Positions 25,885 through 38,690 of a DNA stretch of 64,000 bases are shown in pieces. Below the pieces are notes generated by a model, which worked only from the letters and a program-made list of their open reading frames with translations, was not told the DNA's origin and did not search any database. Position numbers and translations under genes: made by a program. The stretch is from Rotaria socialis (lineage: Eukaryota), in assembly GCA_905331295.1 (NCBI GenBank), contig CAJNYD010000223.1, forward strand, positions 1 to 64,000. The letters run 5' to 3'. Every line of letters begins with the position of its first letter. Within the stretch, counting starts at the first letter, position 1.

Positions 25885-27722
25885 TCAACAGATTTTTTGG
25901 TCTGGTTTGAGTTCCGCAAATGGAACCTCTATTTTTAATTCACCATCCGTAGTCAAATGTGATTGGAGTTGTTTGGTTTGTGTTCCAGGTGGCAGCGTCA
26001 CGGTTTGGAAGAAGAATGATCGCTCAAAATCCTTTGCATTCTTTGATTTGTGTTCGGATTGTACGATCAAATTATTATTCTTGACAGATAATCTAATTTG
26101 CTCAGAATGAAAGTCTAACATCGGCATGGTGAGTTGTAATTCTTTCTGGCCACTATTATCGGCAATGTGTGGTTGGAAGGGGCTACTGAGAAAAGCACTA
26201 TAATCAAAAAGAGGATCACGATGTTCGCCAAATTGTGCCAAATTTTGTTGTTGATTCTTAGCTTCAGCCAGTTTTCGTTCTTTTTCTGGATTACGAATAG
26301 GTGCTTCGATTACCAATATGTGATATGGAGCCACGTATGAGGCCACATGACTTACATCTAATTGCAAGAAAACAATTATACGGATTCAATCAATTGAACT
26401 AACTAGCAGCATGCTCAGGCAACTCATAAGTTTTGCGCAGTTCTTGAATGTGAAAGTCACCATCGGGCTGTCGACCCATGTCGTCTCTTTTTTATCAACT
26501 GTGCCGCAGTTACGCGCAGCGCCAATTTTGCGTCGCAGTTACGCGTAACTATGGCGCATTGATCGTAGTGGAGATTCTATAAGAAACTACGCGTACTGTG
26601 ATGAAGATCAACGTAACTGCGTCCTAGTGATCGCATCTTACGATCCCTTGTAGGTATAAATGGCCAATTATAAATTATTCCTTCTTATTTGTAATTGGCT
26701 ACACTCTAACAATAAAATACAGTCACAGAAAATCAGTATAAATAGCAGTGCTCGTCACATTTTCTTTCATAAATCATTCTACTATAAGCAGTAGAATACA
26801 TTTTTTATTTTTTTAAAATTTTTCTAGATTTAAATCTTTTTAGTTTTTCAGCTTTTTGTAATTAAATTTTTTTTCTTCTATTTATTAAATTTTTAAAAAT
26901 TATTTTAGATGTTAATATTTTAATTTTTCTAGATATTTATTTTTTATTTTCCTTAATTTTTAAAATTAAAATTTCTTTAAACTTTTAACTTAGTAAATTT
27001 TTAAATTTTTTTAGGTTTTAATTTTTCAATTATTTTTTATTGTGAAAATTTTTAATTTAAAAATTGTTTTTTTATTTTTTATAAAAATTTTAATTTTCTA
27101 GTTTTAAATTTTTTATTTTGTGCAAAAATATTTTAAATTCACAATAAAAGTACAAATAAAGTGAAAATCTAATCTATGTCATCTTTTGTACCAATTGCGA
27201 CGACACTGTAACCCATAATTGCGAAAAACGTGGACGCCGTTATGCATAACTGGGATTTTTTCACCGTAACTACCCGTAATTGCGAATTTTTCATCGTAGT
27301 AACGCGTAGTTACGGCGCAATTTTCCGCAATTACGGGTCACAGTGCGATCGCAGTTACGCCGTAACTGCGCCACAGTTTCATCGTAATGAAACACATGGG
27401 GATCTTCTTGTTTAGCTTCAACAATTACTTTTCGACTTTCTACATGTGTCTTGATCGAATGTGGATCAAAACCAGCCACATTGAGTTGTACTCGGAATTT
27501 TTCCGATTGGCCAGGTTCTTCGTGTTGCTGATTTTCATTGTCATGGCTCGATGCACGATTGAGATGATGTGGCTCGTTAATCCAGCAGAATGATTCAGGC
27601 GTAGGACCTAATTCGGTTGATTGTGTATCATTCCAAGGATCGAATAGATGTAGTTGATCACCGAAGAAACGATCCAAAAGATCATCAGACCCTCGATAAT
27701 GATGGACTGGTAAGAAATTCAT
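25885..27722 (-). pseudogene. Small heat shock protein with two alpha-crystallin domains (p40/major egg antigen type), exon 1 interrupted by a transposon
   Basis: FRVQLNVAGFDPHSIKTHVESRKVIVEAKQED [insertion] RQPDGDFHIQELRKTYELPEHA, short intron, second domain ...FFFQTVTLPPGT...LTTDGELKIEVP. Confidence 0.85.
26475..27400. mobile_element. CCC-ended non-autonomous DNA transposon (CMC/EnSpm-like)
   Basis: Ends CCCATGT / ACATGGG; 2-bp TSD GA established from the restored host codons; subterminal GCAGTTACGC repeats; very AT-rich core. Confidence 0.85.
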
Positions 27723-28603
27723 GTTCAACAGGAGAAATTACTTGCCAATAATTATTTAAAAAATCTCTGTTTGAGTGAAGCACGTATTCGCCTTTTTGTA
27801 ATAGGCGAAGATGTAGTTGACATTAATTGGAGTAGTTTTGGGATGATTCGAGAAATTTTTATTATAGTCAACTCAATTCTTCTTCGTACTTCCTTTCTTT
27901 GCTTTTGCTCGGTGTGTGCATGTGTTTAAAGCATTTTTTTTCTTCTAGTTGACAAACAAGGAAGACAAAAAAAACACTAAATTGGAAAATGTCTACTAAT
28001 AGACAGTGTCATGAAGTGAGTTTCGGTGAACAGAAGATTGACCCATTTATATCTATCTTCAGAGAAAATCAATCATTCTAAATGTGTCGCGTACTTTGAA
28101 GACAATATGCCGAGCCATAGTATGATTTTACGACTGGACTATCTTTACTATTGAACACCTATCAGGATGAGGAAAAATCTATAATCATCGGTAACTTTTT
28201 TCAGGATGGATATTCGAAGCGAATCTACTACCTTTTCATTCACACCTCTCATATAGTACCATCATTTTAATTGATAATGGATGAAAATTCATATTATTTT
28301 ATCTTTTTCTGTTTCAAATTCTAACCAATTCACTATGGATCCCATTTTAATTGCTCAGTGTTTTTGCATAGGTCACTATTTTTGGGCAACGTTCTTTTTA
28401 GTTGACCATTATGAAAATAAATGAAATAATGAAACAAAGTTTGTCTATTGTTTTTCTTTGGCTGAACAATCAACATAATTATTTCACATTTTATGATAAA
28501 AGCAAAAGTTAAAGTTTGATTTTATTTGCTTTTCCTTTCAAATTAAACCTATACATAAAACAGGCTGCTACCATCTACATCAATGTATAGAAAAACTAAT
28601 AAT

Positions 28604-31600
28604 CTAATTTAAAAGTACATTCCAAAGAAATATTTCATTTGATGATGTTGTTATTAATAAATCATTCGAGTTTTTTCTGAGAAATTTAATATTTAATATA
28701 GTGTCACTGTTACCAATGAAGTCTTGAAATGTTCCCTGAGTATAATCTTTTAATTGTACTAAACGATCCTTTGTACCAATTGCTATTAGATGATTTTCAT
28801 CTTCATCATTTTTAATGTTTGATATATCAAAACACGAACACCATTGATTTAATGGAATCGTACGAGTAATTTGTTTTGTATCGAGATTATAGATTTGTAT
28901 AGATTTTTCTATTCCATAACCAATATACATCAGTAGATTTCGATCAATAAAACGTGCTAAACTTGGTGGATATGATTCCCAATTATTATTCTGTATCGTT
29001 GTACCATCTGGTGCAAAGGATGGTGCTGAAAACGTTAACCAGTCAATTAATTGACATAAATCAAATTGTTGATTTGATTTCCATAGGCTAATACGTCGAT
29101 CATGACTGACAATTAACCATATATAAGAATTATTTTCTAATGATTGCTTCGAATCAATCACACAAATCGGCGCATTACCACGATGTTCATTTAAAACACG
29201 TACAACTAGGCCTTGAACAAGATTTGATATTGCAACAGAACCATCTGATGCACCAGAAATACTAATGGTTGCTATACAAAAAGAGAAAAAGCATTCAAAG
29301 TTAATAATTAAAGAAAGAATTCTTTCTGATAAACGAACTATTTGAAGGAACATTGATAGCAGTAGTAGATGATGTATGTGGATGTAATTTCAGTACCATT
29401 TGACCATGAAGAAGATTAAAAATACGTAATGTACCATCATTATAACCGGCAACAATCGATCGAATAGTTGTTCGAATATTTTTTATCGGACTTGTAGTCA
29501 CCGATGTATCAGTTGTTGGAACAATAGAATTATCCCATGATGTCAAGCAAGTGACTTTCTTATTATAATAAAACAAAAAATGGTTCAATACATGTAATCT
29601 ATCAAAAGGCAACTTACTAATCCATTAGCATCAAAACGAAGAATTTCATTTCGATCTTCTAATTGAAAAATTCTTATTGTACCATCAAGACTACTTGTAA
29701 CTATATGAGTATCTTCAATAGGTATGACACCAGTGATACGATCTGTATGTGAAGCAACAAGACGAGTTTTACTTCGTTCTGTTGTCCAACAGATATACCA
29801 TAATGACCCACATGATGTGCCAACAATACCCATATCAAATATATCATCAAACGATCCACTAATAATTCCATCGTCGAGTTGAAATTCGTCTTGAATGGTT
29901 AAACCATAATTTCTAGGCAAAGAGAAAAAAACAAATTTTCTTTTTCTTTCATACTAAGATCGAATTGGCGGAAAAGAAAAACGCCGAAATGAAAAAGTAT
30001 AATTAATAAAAGTGTCGAAGAAAAACTGGTAGAAGAAAAAGTTTGAAAAGGAAAACGTAGAATGAAAAAGATGTATATAGGTAACGAAATTTATTTTTTG
30101 AGTTGGTATTGGTTGTTAGTGGGATAAGTTAAATTCGTTGTCCTCGTCGTCTATAGCCTATACTTGTTTATTGTTAGCATATACCATATATATAAATCAG
30201 CCTGGCGAGAACAACTAACAAGTAATTTTCTCTTCAATCGTTGGCAATGGACAGTGAAATATCATTTTCTTAACGACTAATAAAGGTAAACCATTACTAG
30301 TGTTTAACCAATATATGTTTATATGCAATAAAACGTCCTCATCAAAAAAGTATTGGGCTTGTATTGAACATAGATGCGACGTATATGTGCACACCAATTT
30401 AGAAAATAAACTTTTATTCTTCTTTAAAATTATCAAAAAACTCAATTTTCAACATTTACCCTTTCGGCTTTTCCTACTTTTTTCATTCGACGTTTACAAT
30501 TTCTGTATTTTCCCCTTCTGCGTTTTCCTTTCTGCCTTTTCCACCAAACCCATTAAGATACTACTTACGAATCGTTATTCTTTGTTTGTCCTAAATTGAC
30601 TTCAAGATTTTCTATATTCCATAGTCGCAAACAACCACTTGCTGAACCTGTTAATAATTTATATTTCATGGCTGTCATATAGCATATTTCATTCGAATCA
30701 GCTTTCCAATGAAGAAGACATGAATTCGTACGCGTATTCCAACATGTTACGAAACCACAATTAGTCGAACAAAGAACAAGCTGAGAATTCGATATTAAAT
30801 ACACGCATGAAGTTATTTCACATGGAAGTTTTGCATGCTCAGAAATTGATGATGGAACATATCCATTGACAACTTGCAATCGAACATTTGTATCATTGGT
30901 TTGTTCGACAATCGTACAAAAACGAATACAACCATTTGAACAGCCAAGACAGAATTCATTTGCACGCGCGGAATTCCAAGCAAGACAATTCATATAAGAT
31001 GATGGGGATGACTCGTCTTGCCAATTGAGTAAATTCGTATAATCATGTGTTGACCATAGAGTAAGCATCGGTTTTCGATAATCACCGATAGTAATAAGAA
31101 AACGATCATCTCTATAAAATTGAAAATATTCTAATTAGTGTTGTCGTCAGGATTACATTTTGCTTACCTTGAAAAAGCCATCGATTGAATCGCATGAACG
31201 GATTGATGAAGATATAATTTTTGATGAAGCATTTTTATATCCCAGATAATAATCTTCGTTTGTAATTCATCTTTATTGGTTAATGTTGAACATTGTGCAC
31301 TGGCTAAGATACTAACATCATTTGATAATGTTAATGTTGAGATTTCTTCAGTGTGTCCTAATTAGAACAAAAAAAAACAATCTTATGGATAAAATCATAA
31401 ATAAAAAGTATATCTACCAGTTAGAATAGTTTGATGATTATTATTAAGATTTTCTACAATAACATTACAACCAACGCTATAAGCAAAAAATCCACTATGT
31501 GCATGCCAAGCAAGATTTTCTCGGCCATTGCCATTGTAGCCAATGATTGATCGAAGTTTCAGACTTTCTTGATTAACTGGTGCGACATAACGTTTCTAAA

Positions 31601-34600
31601 ATTAAACATGTATTCTTCTACAAACTGAAAAAAATGGTTTCTTTTCTGAGTGCTGTACGTAGTTCAAGCTTTTTCGATTTTATCCATTATAAAAAATATA
31701 AAATTCAGTCATATTTAATTAATTGGTTTTCCCCCTGTAGATAGCATAGGTGGTTTTTCTTTGTCTAGCAATAATAAAAATTACTTTAGCCAAATGTGAC
31801 TGATTGACTCGTTGAATAAAATGGCGTCGAATTGCTGGTGGATTATCGGTTTGTTTTTTGGATGATTTCTTATTGTTGGTTTTTCTGGAAACAAATCATC
31901 AATGAAAATTCTTAATGAATAGAAATTTCTGAATTACTTTTGTCCTTGAGGTACATTTGTATTTTTATCAATTTCAGAATTTGATAACGATCGGGTAATA
32001 GCTCGAGCTGTATGGCCATTGTTTTGTTGAGAATATTGAAATGGTTCAGGTGGATTTCTTGGTTGCCCACTATTATCCAGTATCGATAGAACAGATGGGA
32101 CACGTTCAAGCACTGAAACAAAAAACAAAAACTTGGTTAGAAAAAAATCTTTCCAACTATTTTTCATAAAATTACTTTTTGACGGTAAAGTAGATTGTGT
32201 AGTACTGAAGAAATTAAGTATGAATTTTAAAAAAAAATTGATTATAAATAAATATTTACTTTAATTGCCCTGGACGTGGTGTAGTCCAAGCGAGTACATC
32301 CCAAATAAATATTGAATCTCCAATACTTACAAGATGCATATTATCATCAGTAAAAAACACTTTTTGTATTGGTTCTGAATGGCCAACAAAACTCTTAATA
32401 AAAATTGAATTTTAACTTTAAGTTTTTAATATTAAGTAAATTTTTACTTGGAAATTTGCATCATCCCAAAATTTAATCATATTATCACCACCCGTAACTA
32501 AATACTGACTATCTGACGATAGAGTCAAGCAATCGAAAGTACGTTTGTGTATATTATTTATCTAGAAAATTAAAGAGTCGATTTTATTACGAGCGAAAAA
32601 AACTCTAAATTTCAATTTTTAAATCTTACGATATTAAGAAGTTTTCCTGTATAGGAATCAAATTTAAGTAATTTAAAATTTGTTGTTGCAACTAATAATT
32701 GTCGATTTGGCGCAAAACGTGCAAATAAAGCGGCTTCTGACGATGTTATCGATCGTCTATCATTGGTAATCAATGTACAACTACTTATATCAATTCGAAG
32801 TGTTTGATTTAAACTATTGGTTTCAACAATTGTTACAACATATTCTGTTGGTCCAACGTATGCTGTATGCTTACCATCGGGACTTATAGATAATATCATG
32901 GTTCCTTTTTGCGATGTTGATAAAGCTTTGGCAACTGTACGCTGTAATTTATAGCTATCATTCGCGTCCAATAAACATAAAGTTCCTTCTTCATCACTAC
33001 TTATTAAACGTCCACCATTATGAGCATAGAGCAAACCAGTAATACCTTTTGTATGATGTCTAAGAACAAAGAAGAATAATTATGTTAACCAGTACGATTT
33101 CATTTGTACAGATGAAAATAACTCAATTATCAAAATTTATAGTAGTGTTTTAAAACTCTGTCGATAGACAGAATCATCATGTTTTTGATGTCCATTTTTT
33201 CTCGCTATTAAAAATCCTCATGTAACTTACGTAATTTCCGCTGATATAATTGATGTATTCAATTCAAAAACTTTAATTGTTCCATTATCAAAACCACAAG
33301 CAAATATTTGTCGGTTTGGCGCATACGTAACAACAACTGGTGTTTCACGTTCAGCAGTAAACTCTGATAATTGTTTACCAGTACGAAAACACCATATTCG
33401 AATAGTCCCATCGTGTCCGACACTTATCATTTGTTTTCTTGTATCATCATAATCAATATCTGTTACATTTTGTGTATGTGCACGTATTAAATTCGTATGT
33501 TCCTTATTGACAAGATTTAATACTCCAAGTGAGCCAGACACTGTTAAAATTAATATACGTGTTTGATCGTGTGATGTTACTAAGCCACATATAGCTTGAT
33601 CATGTTTGGCTTCGATATAAACTTGAGTGAAATCATTGGACCAAACACGAACATATCCATCGTTCGAGCCTGTTATGGAAAAATTACTGGTACATGTAAA
33701 TGCACATATACCAATCGATGGTCCATTCGCCATGGTTATTTTATCGGTTGAACCGTTCGAACGTTTTGTAGGTAGTAAACGATGAATTTTAACTACACGC
33801 CTTTCGTCATACAATAATTCAATTATGTGACCACTTTTTGATGAAACATATACAACTAATTCATTCAGTTTATTATTTGATGAATGTTCAAATTGTAAAT
33901 CTGTATATTCCAATTGTTCAATGTCGTCAACAGATATACTCATCGATTTTAAATCATTGCCATTTTTCATACGCCAAAAACGGATATTATCGGAGCCAAT
34001 CGAAAGAAATCGAGTTGAGTCATACGGAACAAAACGGATATGTGATATCGAAGCATCTGTTGTTGATCGACATAGTAGATCAATAGAACCTTTATGTGCA
34101 TTTAATGTATTATAAACGCAAACAATAGTACGCGACTGTTGTGGCTGTTCACCATGGCCAACAACAACCAGTGTTGAAGATGAATCAGATAAATTTCGAA
34201 TTCCAAAATCAAGTGCATGTAAATTACTGGTTCCTGGTACACGAACAACACAAATACAACGACGAGTTTCAAATTTCCAAAGACGAAGAATACCTAAAAT
34301 TGAATAAAAATGTATAGCTAGTGCTGTTTATACGCTGGGAGATTGTGCAATTTTTTTTTTGTTTCTATGCAGAAGCGCGTGATTGGTTTCTTACCACTGG
34401 GTCCAGTCTGTGTTGTTGCCAATAGTGAAGAATTTCCATTGAACGCAATCGCACTAACTTTATCTGTGTGGCCAATAAAAAACCATTGTTGTTGAGTTTC
34501 AACATGCATCTGCACGACAATAGCATTCGATGGGTAAAGTGCATAATTACCATCTTGTGTCCATAATAAACTCGTTGAACTACTTATACGATTACCCAGA

Positions 34601-35797
34601 CCAATAACAGTACGTAAACGAAGTATTGGATCAGGTAGATGAGAGAGTTGCGAACGATCAGTTGTAAGCGCAAGATCGAAATTAAAATCATCATTTATTG
34701 AATTATTCGATGGTATCGATTGTGAATTAATGAAAAGATGAATACCATCATTATTGTGATTTGTTGAAGTCGAAGATTCAGGCATTGTAGGCAATGATGG
34801 AAAGCCATCAATAGGTTTAATACTTTTCTGCCAATTGTTCTAAATAAAATTTGACAGAAATTTTCTTAGATCTTTTCGAGAAAAAAAAATATATATATAT
34901 ACTTGATTATCTCTTGGTGAAATAGTATTTTGTATTGAATTTGTAAATGATTGATTCATTGTATCATCAGTTCTACTGGAGTCTCTTGCTGAGTGAACTT
35001 GAACACTACCTATTTTGCTCGAAAGATCATTTGAATTTTCATCTATTATTGATGATGACGAATTTGGTATCATAATAAAATCATATTTCTCATGCCATGA
35101 TTCATCTTTACCAACAGGATAGGATAATTCTCTTGGTAATGCACGATTACTACTTTGTTTCATTTTCTGATTCGATAATCCTGAATCGTAGAAATACTTC
35201 GACGAAAAACAATTCTTCACCATCATATTACCACATAATTGGAATGATTTAATCATATGATAATGTTGATTCGTCATGTAAGTTAATAGTATTGATTCTA
35301 AATCAAAACATAATACGGTCCAATGCATAGTTGTATTGGGCGATGTATATGGAAATTGAATGCTGGTTTGTGTTACTTTAAATTCACGGTATAAATTTGA
35401 TAATGATATACGTACAAGATGTTGTTCATGTGTAAGAATATCAATGTGAATAGAAAAAAACTTATCAAATATTGGACGAAATAAGGCGTAAAATAAATGA
35501 CCCGTTAGAGCAAGAGTTTGATTGGATGATTGAGCAGGAAATTGAATATAATTATTTGCTGGGACAAGACCGCGTATACGAAATACCGTTGATTTTAACT
35601 CACGATCCTAGTTATCAAAAAAATTAAATAAATAAATATATATATATGAGTTTTTGTGCCTGTAAAATGATTATCAAAAAAAGATATCCTACCATAAGAG
35701 CAGTAACATCGCCCTGTTTGGTACATTTTTTCGTTGAACCAATATCGAAATGTTTGAAAATATTCACATAAGGATGTTGCCATGTACTATTGTTCAT
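28604..35797 (-). CDS. WDR90: WD repeat protein 90 (centriolar POC16 family; CFA20/DUF667 domain plus WD40 propellers), multi-exon
   Basis: N-terminus MNNSTWQHPYVNIFKHF...KQGDV, STVFRIRGLVPANNYIQFP, LPDPILRLRTVIG, many WD40 exons. Confidence 0.9.
29961..30550 (+). mobile_element. MULE-derived element with FLYWCH fragment in a WDR90 intron
   Basis: TNKGKPLLVFNQYMFICNKTSSSKKYWACIEHRCDVYVHT matches the FLYWCH pattern; degenerate GAAAA-rich TIRs; imperfect 9-bp TSD TACTAAGAT / CATTAAGAT. Confidence 0.75.
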
Positions 35798-36253
35798 CTT
35801 ATTTCTTCTTTTTTGAAGATTGAAGATTGTCTATAATTCTTTCTTTTCTAAACTACCATGAGTGACGTACTATGGAAGAGAGGCCACCTAGCAAATGATG
35901 ATTATATCAGTGACATCTAGAATTTGTCCTGTAGAGGATATTATATTTGAAAAGAAAAACATGTGATCGATCTATCGATCGTTACTCATTTAATTAATTA
36001 TAATCAACGATCACATATGACATTCTTAGGAGTAACTTCAAATCGATAGCTTAATAAACATTTGCAAATTCTTTTATTTTTGTAATATGAATATGATGAT
36101 TTTGAATATAAGTACAAATAATTTATTGAGTGTATCAGTGTCAAAATTATTCATACATGTCCAAATCAATGGAAAACATTATTTCAAGTCAATATTGCAT
36201 TTTATTTTTGTTTACACATTACCCTTTCTATCGCAATAATATTTTTGTCTGTA

Positions 36254-36450
36254 CCCGGGTCGTGGCGGGAAACGACCGGAAATCGCTGGAATGTGGAAAC
36301 AGTATTCCGGTCGTAAATTTTCGGATTTTTTCCGGTGGATTCCGGTCAAGTTCCAGCGACTTCCTGTGTTTTCCTCTGGAATACCTTGATTTTTCCGCAT
36401 CTTTCCGGCCGGTTCCTGCAGTATCCGGTGACTGGAACGATCGACCTGGG
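36254..36450. mobile_element. CCC-ended MITE
   Basis: Ends CCCGGGTCG / CGACCTGGG with TA on both sides; TTCCGG repeats. Confidence 0.75.
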
Positions 36451-36647
36451 TATCTATGGTAAATGACTATTGTATTATCTTTCTTAGTCGTTACTCATCA
36501 TTGATGTATGCCGAAAATTACATCACTTCCTGAAAAATAAGATCACTCTATCAAATAAAAATATAAACATGCATTGTATTGTTGGTGGCATGCAGATGAA
36601 GCATTATCGATAAAAAAAAAGGTGCCATTTTCATCTTTCTGTGTGAA

Positions 36648-37218
36648 ATGTCTACTGAAGATGTGATGCTTACATTTTCAGTAAATACTAGATGTTTGAT
36701 ACGACCATTTCTAACTGTATTCATTATGCGGGGATCAGTTGCAGCTGGTGGTTTGCATAGGTATAAACAACACAACATGAATCAATATACAATTAAAAGC
36801 TGTATACTAGTGCTATATTCGTACCAAACTCAGTCTTGTCCAAGTTGCGATGAAGACTTATACTCGAGTGACGAATATTATGATGAACAATTTGACGTTG
36901 GATATTATGTTTCGAGTGGAGAATATATTTCCAATGCCATTAGAACTTACAATGTTCGTGAGCCACACCCGGATCAGCAGGTACTTGATTTGAGATCTTT
37001 TTCTTTTTAAAAATATTGGCATTCAATGCACTGATATTTAGAACGGCAGTAATTACTCATGTTTCTATAAAGAAATTGATCTAACTTCAGTCTATTGGAG
37101 TTTACCAAAGGAAGCAGTTTTTTTAATAGAACTTTGCATCGGTTTTCATTTATTTGCTGCTCATTGTGCTGCTTTTTTACCACATGATGAAAGTCGCAGT
37201 TTAGGTACCAAAATATGA
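36648..37218 (+). CDS. Diverged or decaying paralog of the 2-TM Cys-loop protein (exon 2 from 37042; start uncertain)
   Basis: YDEQFDVGYYV...REPHPDQQ/NGSNYSCFYKEIDLTSVYWSLP aligns with the 37622 gene; same intron position; weaker TM segments. Confidence 0.55.
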
Positions 37219-37244
37219 GAAAATGTTGCAATACGGAGCGCAAT

Positions 37245-37366
37245 ATTAGTCTGCGTTGGCGTAATATCGCGCTTCAGTGGACATAGCGGAGCGCTAAAAG
37301 GGGTCACAGTGCGATCGCAGTAGCGGTGCAATAACGCCGTTATTCAATCTTTATCGACGACATGGG
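37245..37366. mobile_element. Fragment related to the 26475-27400 element
   Basis: Shares GGGTCACAGTGCGATCGCAGT with 27336-27356 and ends GACGACATGGG. Confidence 0.6.
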
Positions 37367-37621
37367 TAGACAATAGAGAGATATAATTCAACAAATCATT
37401 GGTAAGGCTATTCAGGCATATTCTAATTATTAAAACCATTATTTTTCTGCACAATAATGTATGTACATACGCGGGTTCATGGAAATTTCCAATACAATGA
37501 TACGTGTCTATTATTTATATCGAATTAATATTGTTTTAACTTCATTCGTTATTATTAACCATTCCCAGGTCGAGAAACCCCACACCGAGTACAAGTAGCA
37601 GTTTATTTTTTCAATTCGGAA

Positions 37622-38207
37622 ATGATCGATAAATTCTCGTGCCTTAAGAAGCCAGCAGATAAATTTATATGTGGACCATGTATGTGTATGTGGGTGTGGG
37701 CACCTCTAATACCACTAATTATATGGGGTTTAGTTAGTGCTAATTCGTATAGAGAAAAACAATATGAACGGAGTCATTATACAAATACAAGCTGCCAATT
37801 ACTGAAATATTCGTACTCAATTGGCTCTTGTGAAAATTGTGGTGAATATCAATGTTACAAATACAAATGTTATAATGAACAATTTGATGTTTTGTATTAT
37901 GTTTGGTGGGGAAAACATATTTACGCCACAATTACAACTAACGATTCTCGTGAACAGCACCCGAATCAACAAGTACCAAACTTCAAATCTTCTTCTATCA
38001 CAAAACTATGAATCCTTATGTTTCAATATTTAGATCGGCAGTACTTATCAGTGTTTCCATAAAAGTGTCGGTGTTACTTCCGTCAAGTGGGATCTGCCCA
38101 CCGGAAAAAGTTTCTTAATTCAATTTTGGGTCGCTGTTACATTGTTTATCATCAATATTTTGCTCATTCCCATGATTTGCCGTCTGCAATATATGGAATA
38201 CCAATGA
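37622..38207 (+). CDS. Two-TM protein with Cys-rich loop (KCNMB/TipE-like topology), exons 37622-37972 and 38034-38207
   Basis: TM1 WVWAPLIPLIIWGLV; loop YTNTSC...CENC...CY; spliced IGSTYQCFH...VKWDLP; TM2 FLIQFWVAVTLFIINILLIPMIC. Confidence 0.75.
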
Positions 38208-38574
38208 GACTTGTATAAACCATTAATTTATAACCAAGAGAAACAATAGAATTCTTTTATTCGAAAATTTTTCTTCCAGAAGTATACCACGATTTATTTT
38301 GCTAATCAAATTGTTCATTTTAAAGTCAAAATAATCTTTTCTATACAATCCTAATCAGAATTGTTGTGTGCATCGCTAGTTATAGAAGATTCTAGAGCAG
38401 TTTCATGTAACATAACTTTGTTTTACAAGAAAAATTTCAGTGTCTTATATCAGTATGACTGGCTCTCTTGAACAAATTTGATATTATTATTGATCATACA
38501 AAGGAGTTATTTATTATATGCATGTATATATTTAAAAAAAAACATGGGTTTAACACTATGCGCAGACATAGCTA

Positions 38575-38684
38575 CCCAGTCAGACAAGCAACGAAAAATA
38601 ACGCGTAAAAACGAATAAAAATCGCAAAAATGTGCGGTTTTTATTCGTTTTTATGCGTTATTTTTCGTTGCTTGTCTGACTGGG
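38575..38684. mobile_element. 110-bp hairpin MITE
   Basis: About 50-bp near-perfect TIR CCCAGTCAGACAAGCAACGAAAAATAACGC with TA flanks. Confidence 0.9.
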
Positions 38685-38690
38685 TAGATA

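Noticed and set aside
26475..27400. Insertion acting as an introner that splices out cleanly
   Set aside because: An in-frame GT/AG pair exists near the ends, but the acceptor (AAAAAAG) lacks a pyrimidine tract; unsupported without RNA data.
27845..27862. Heat shock element upstream of the sHSP gene
   Set aside because: Only two good nGAAn units, which is expected by chance in AT-rich DNA.
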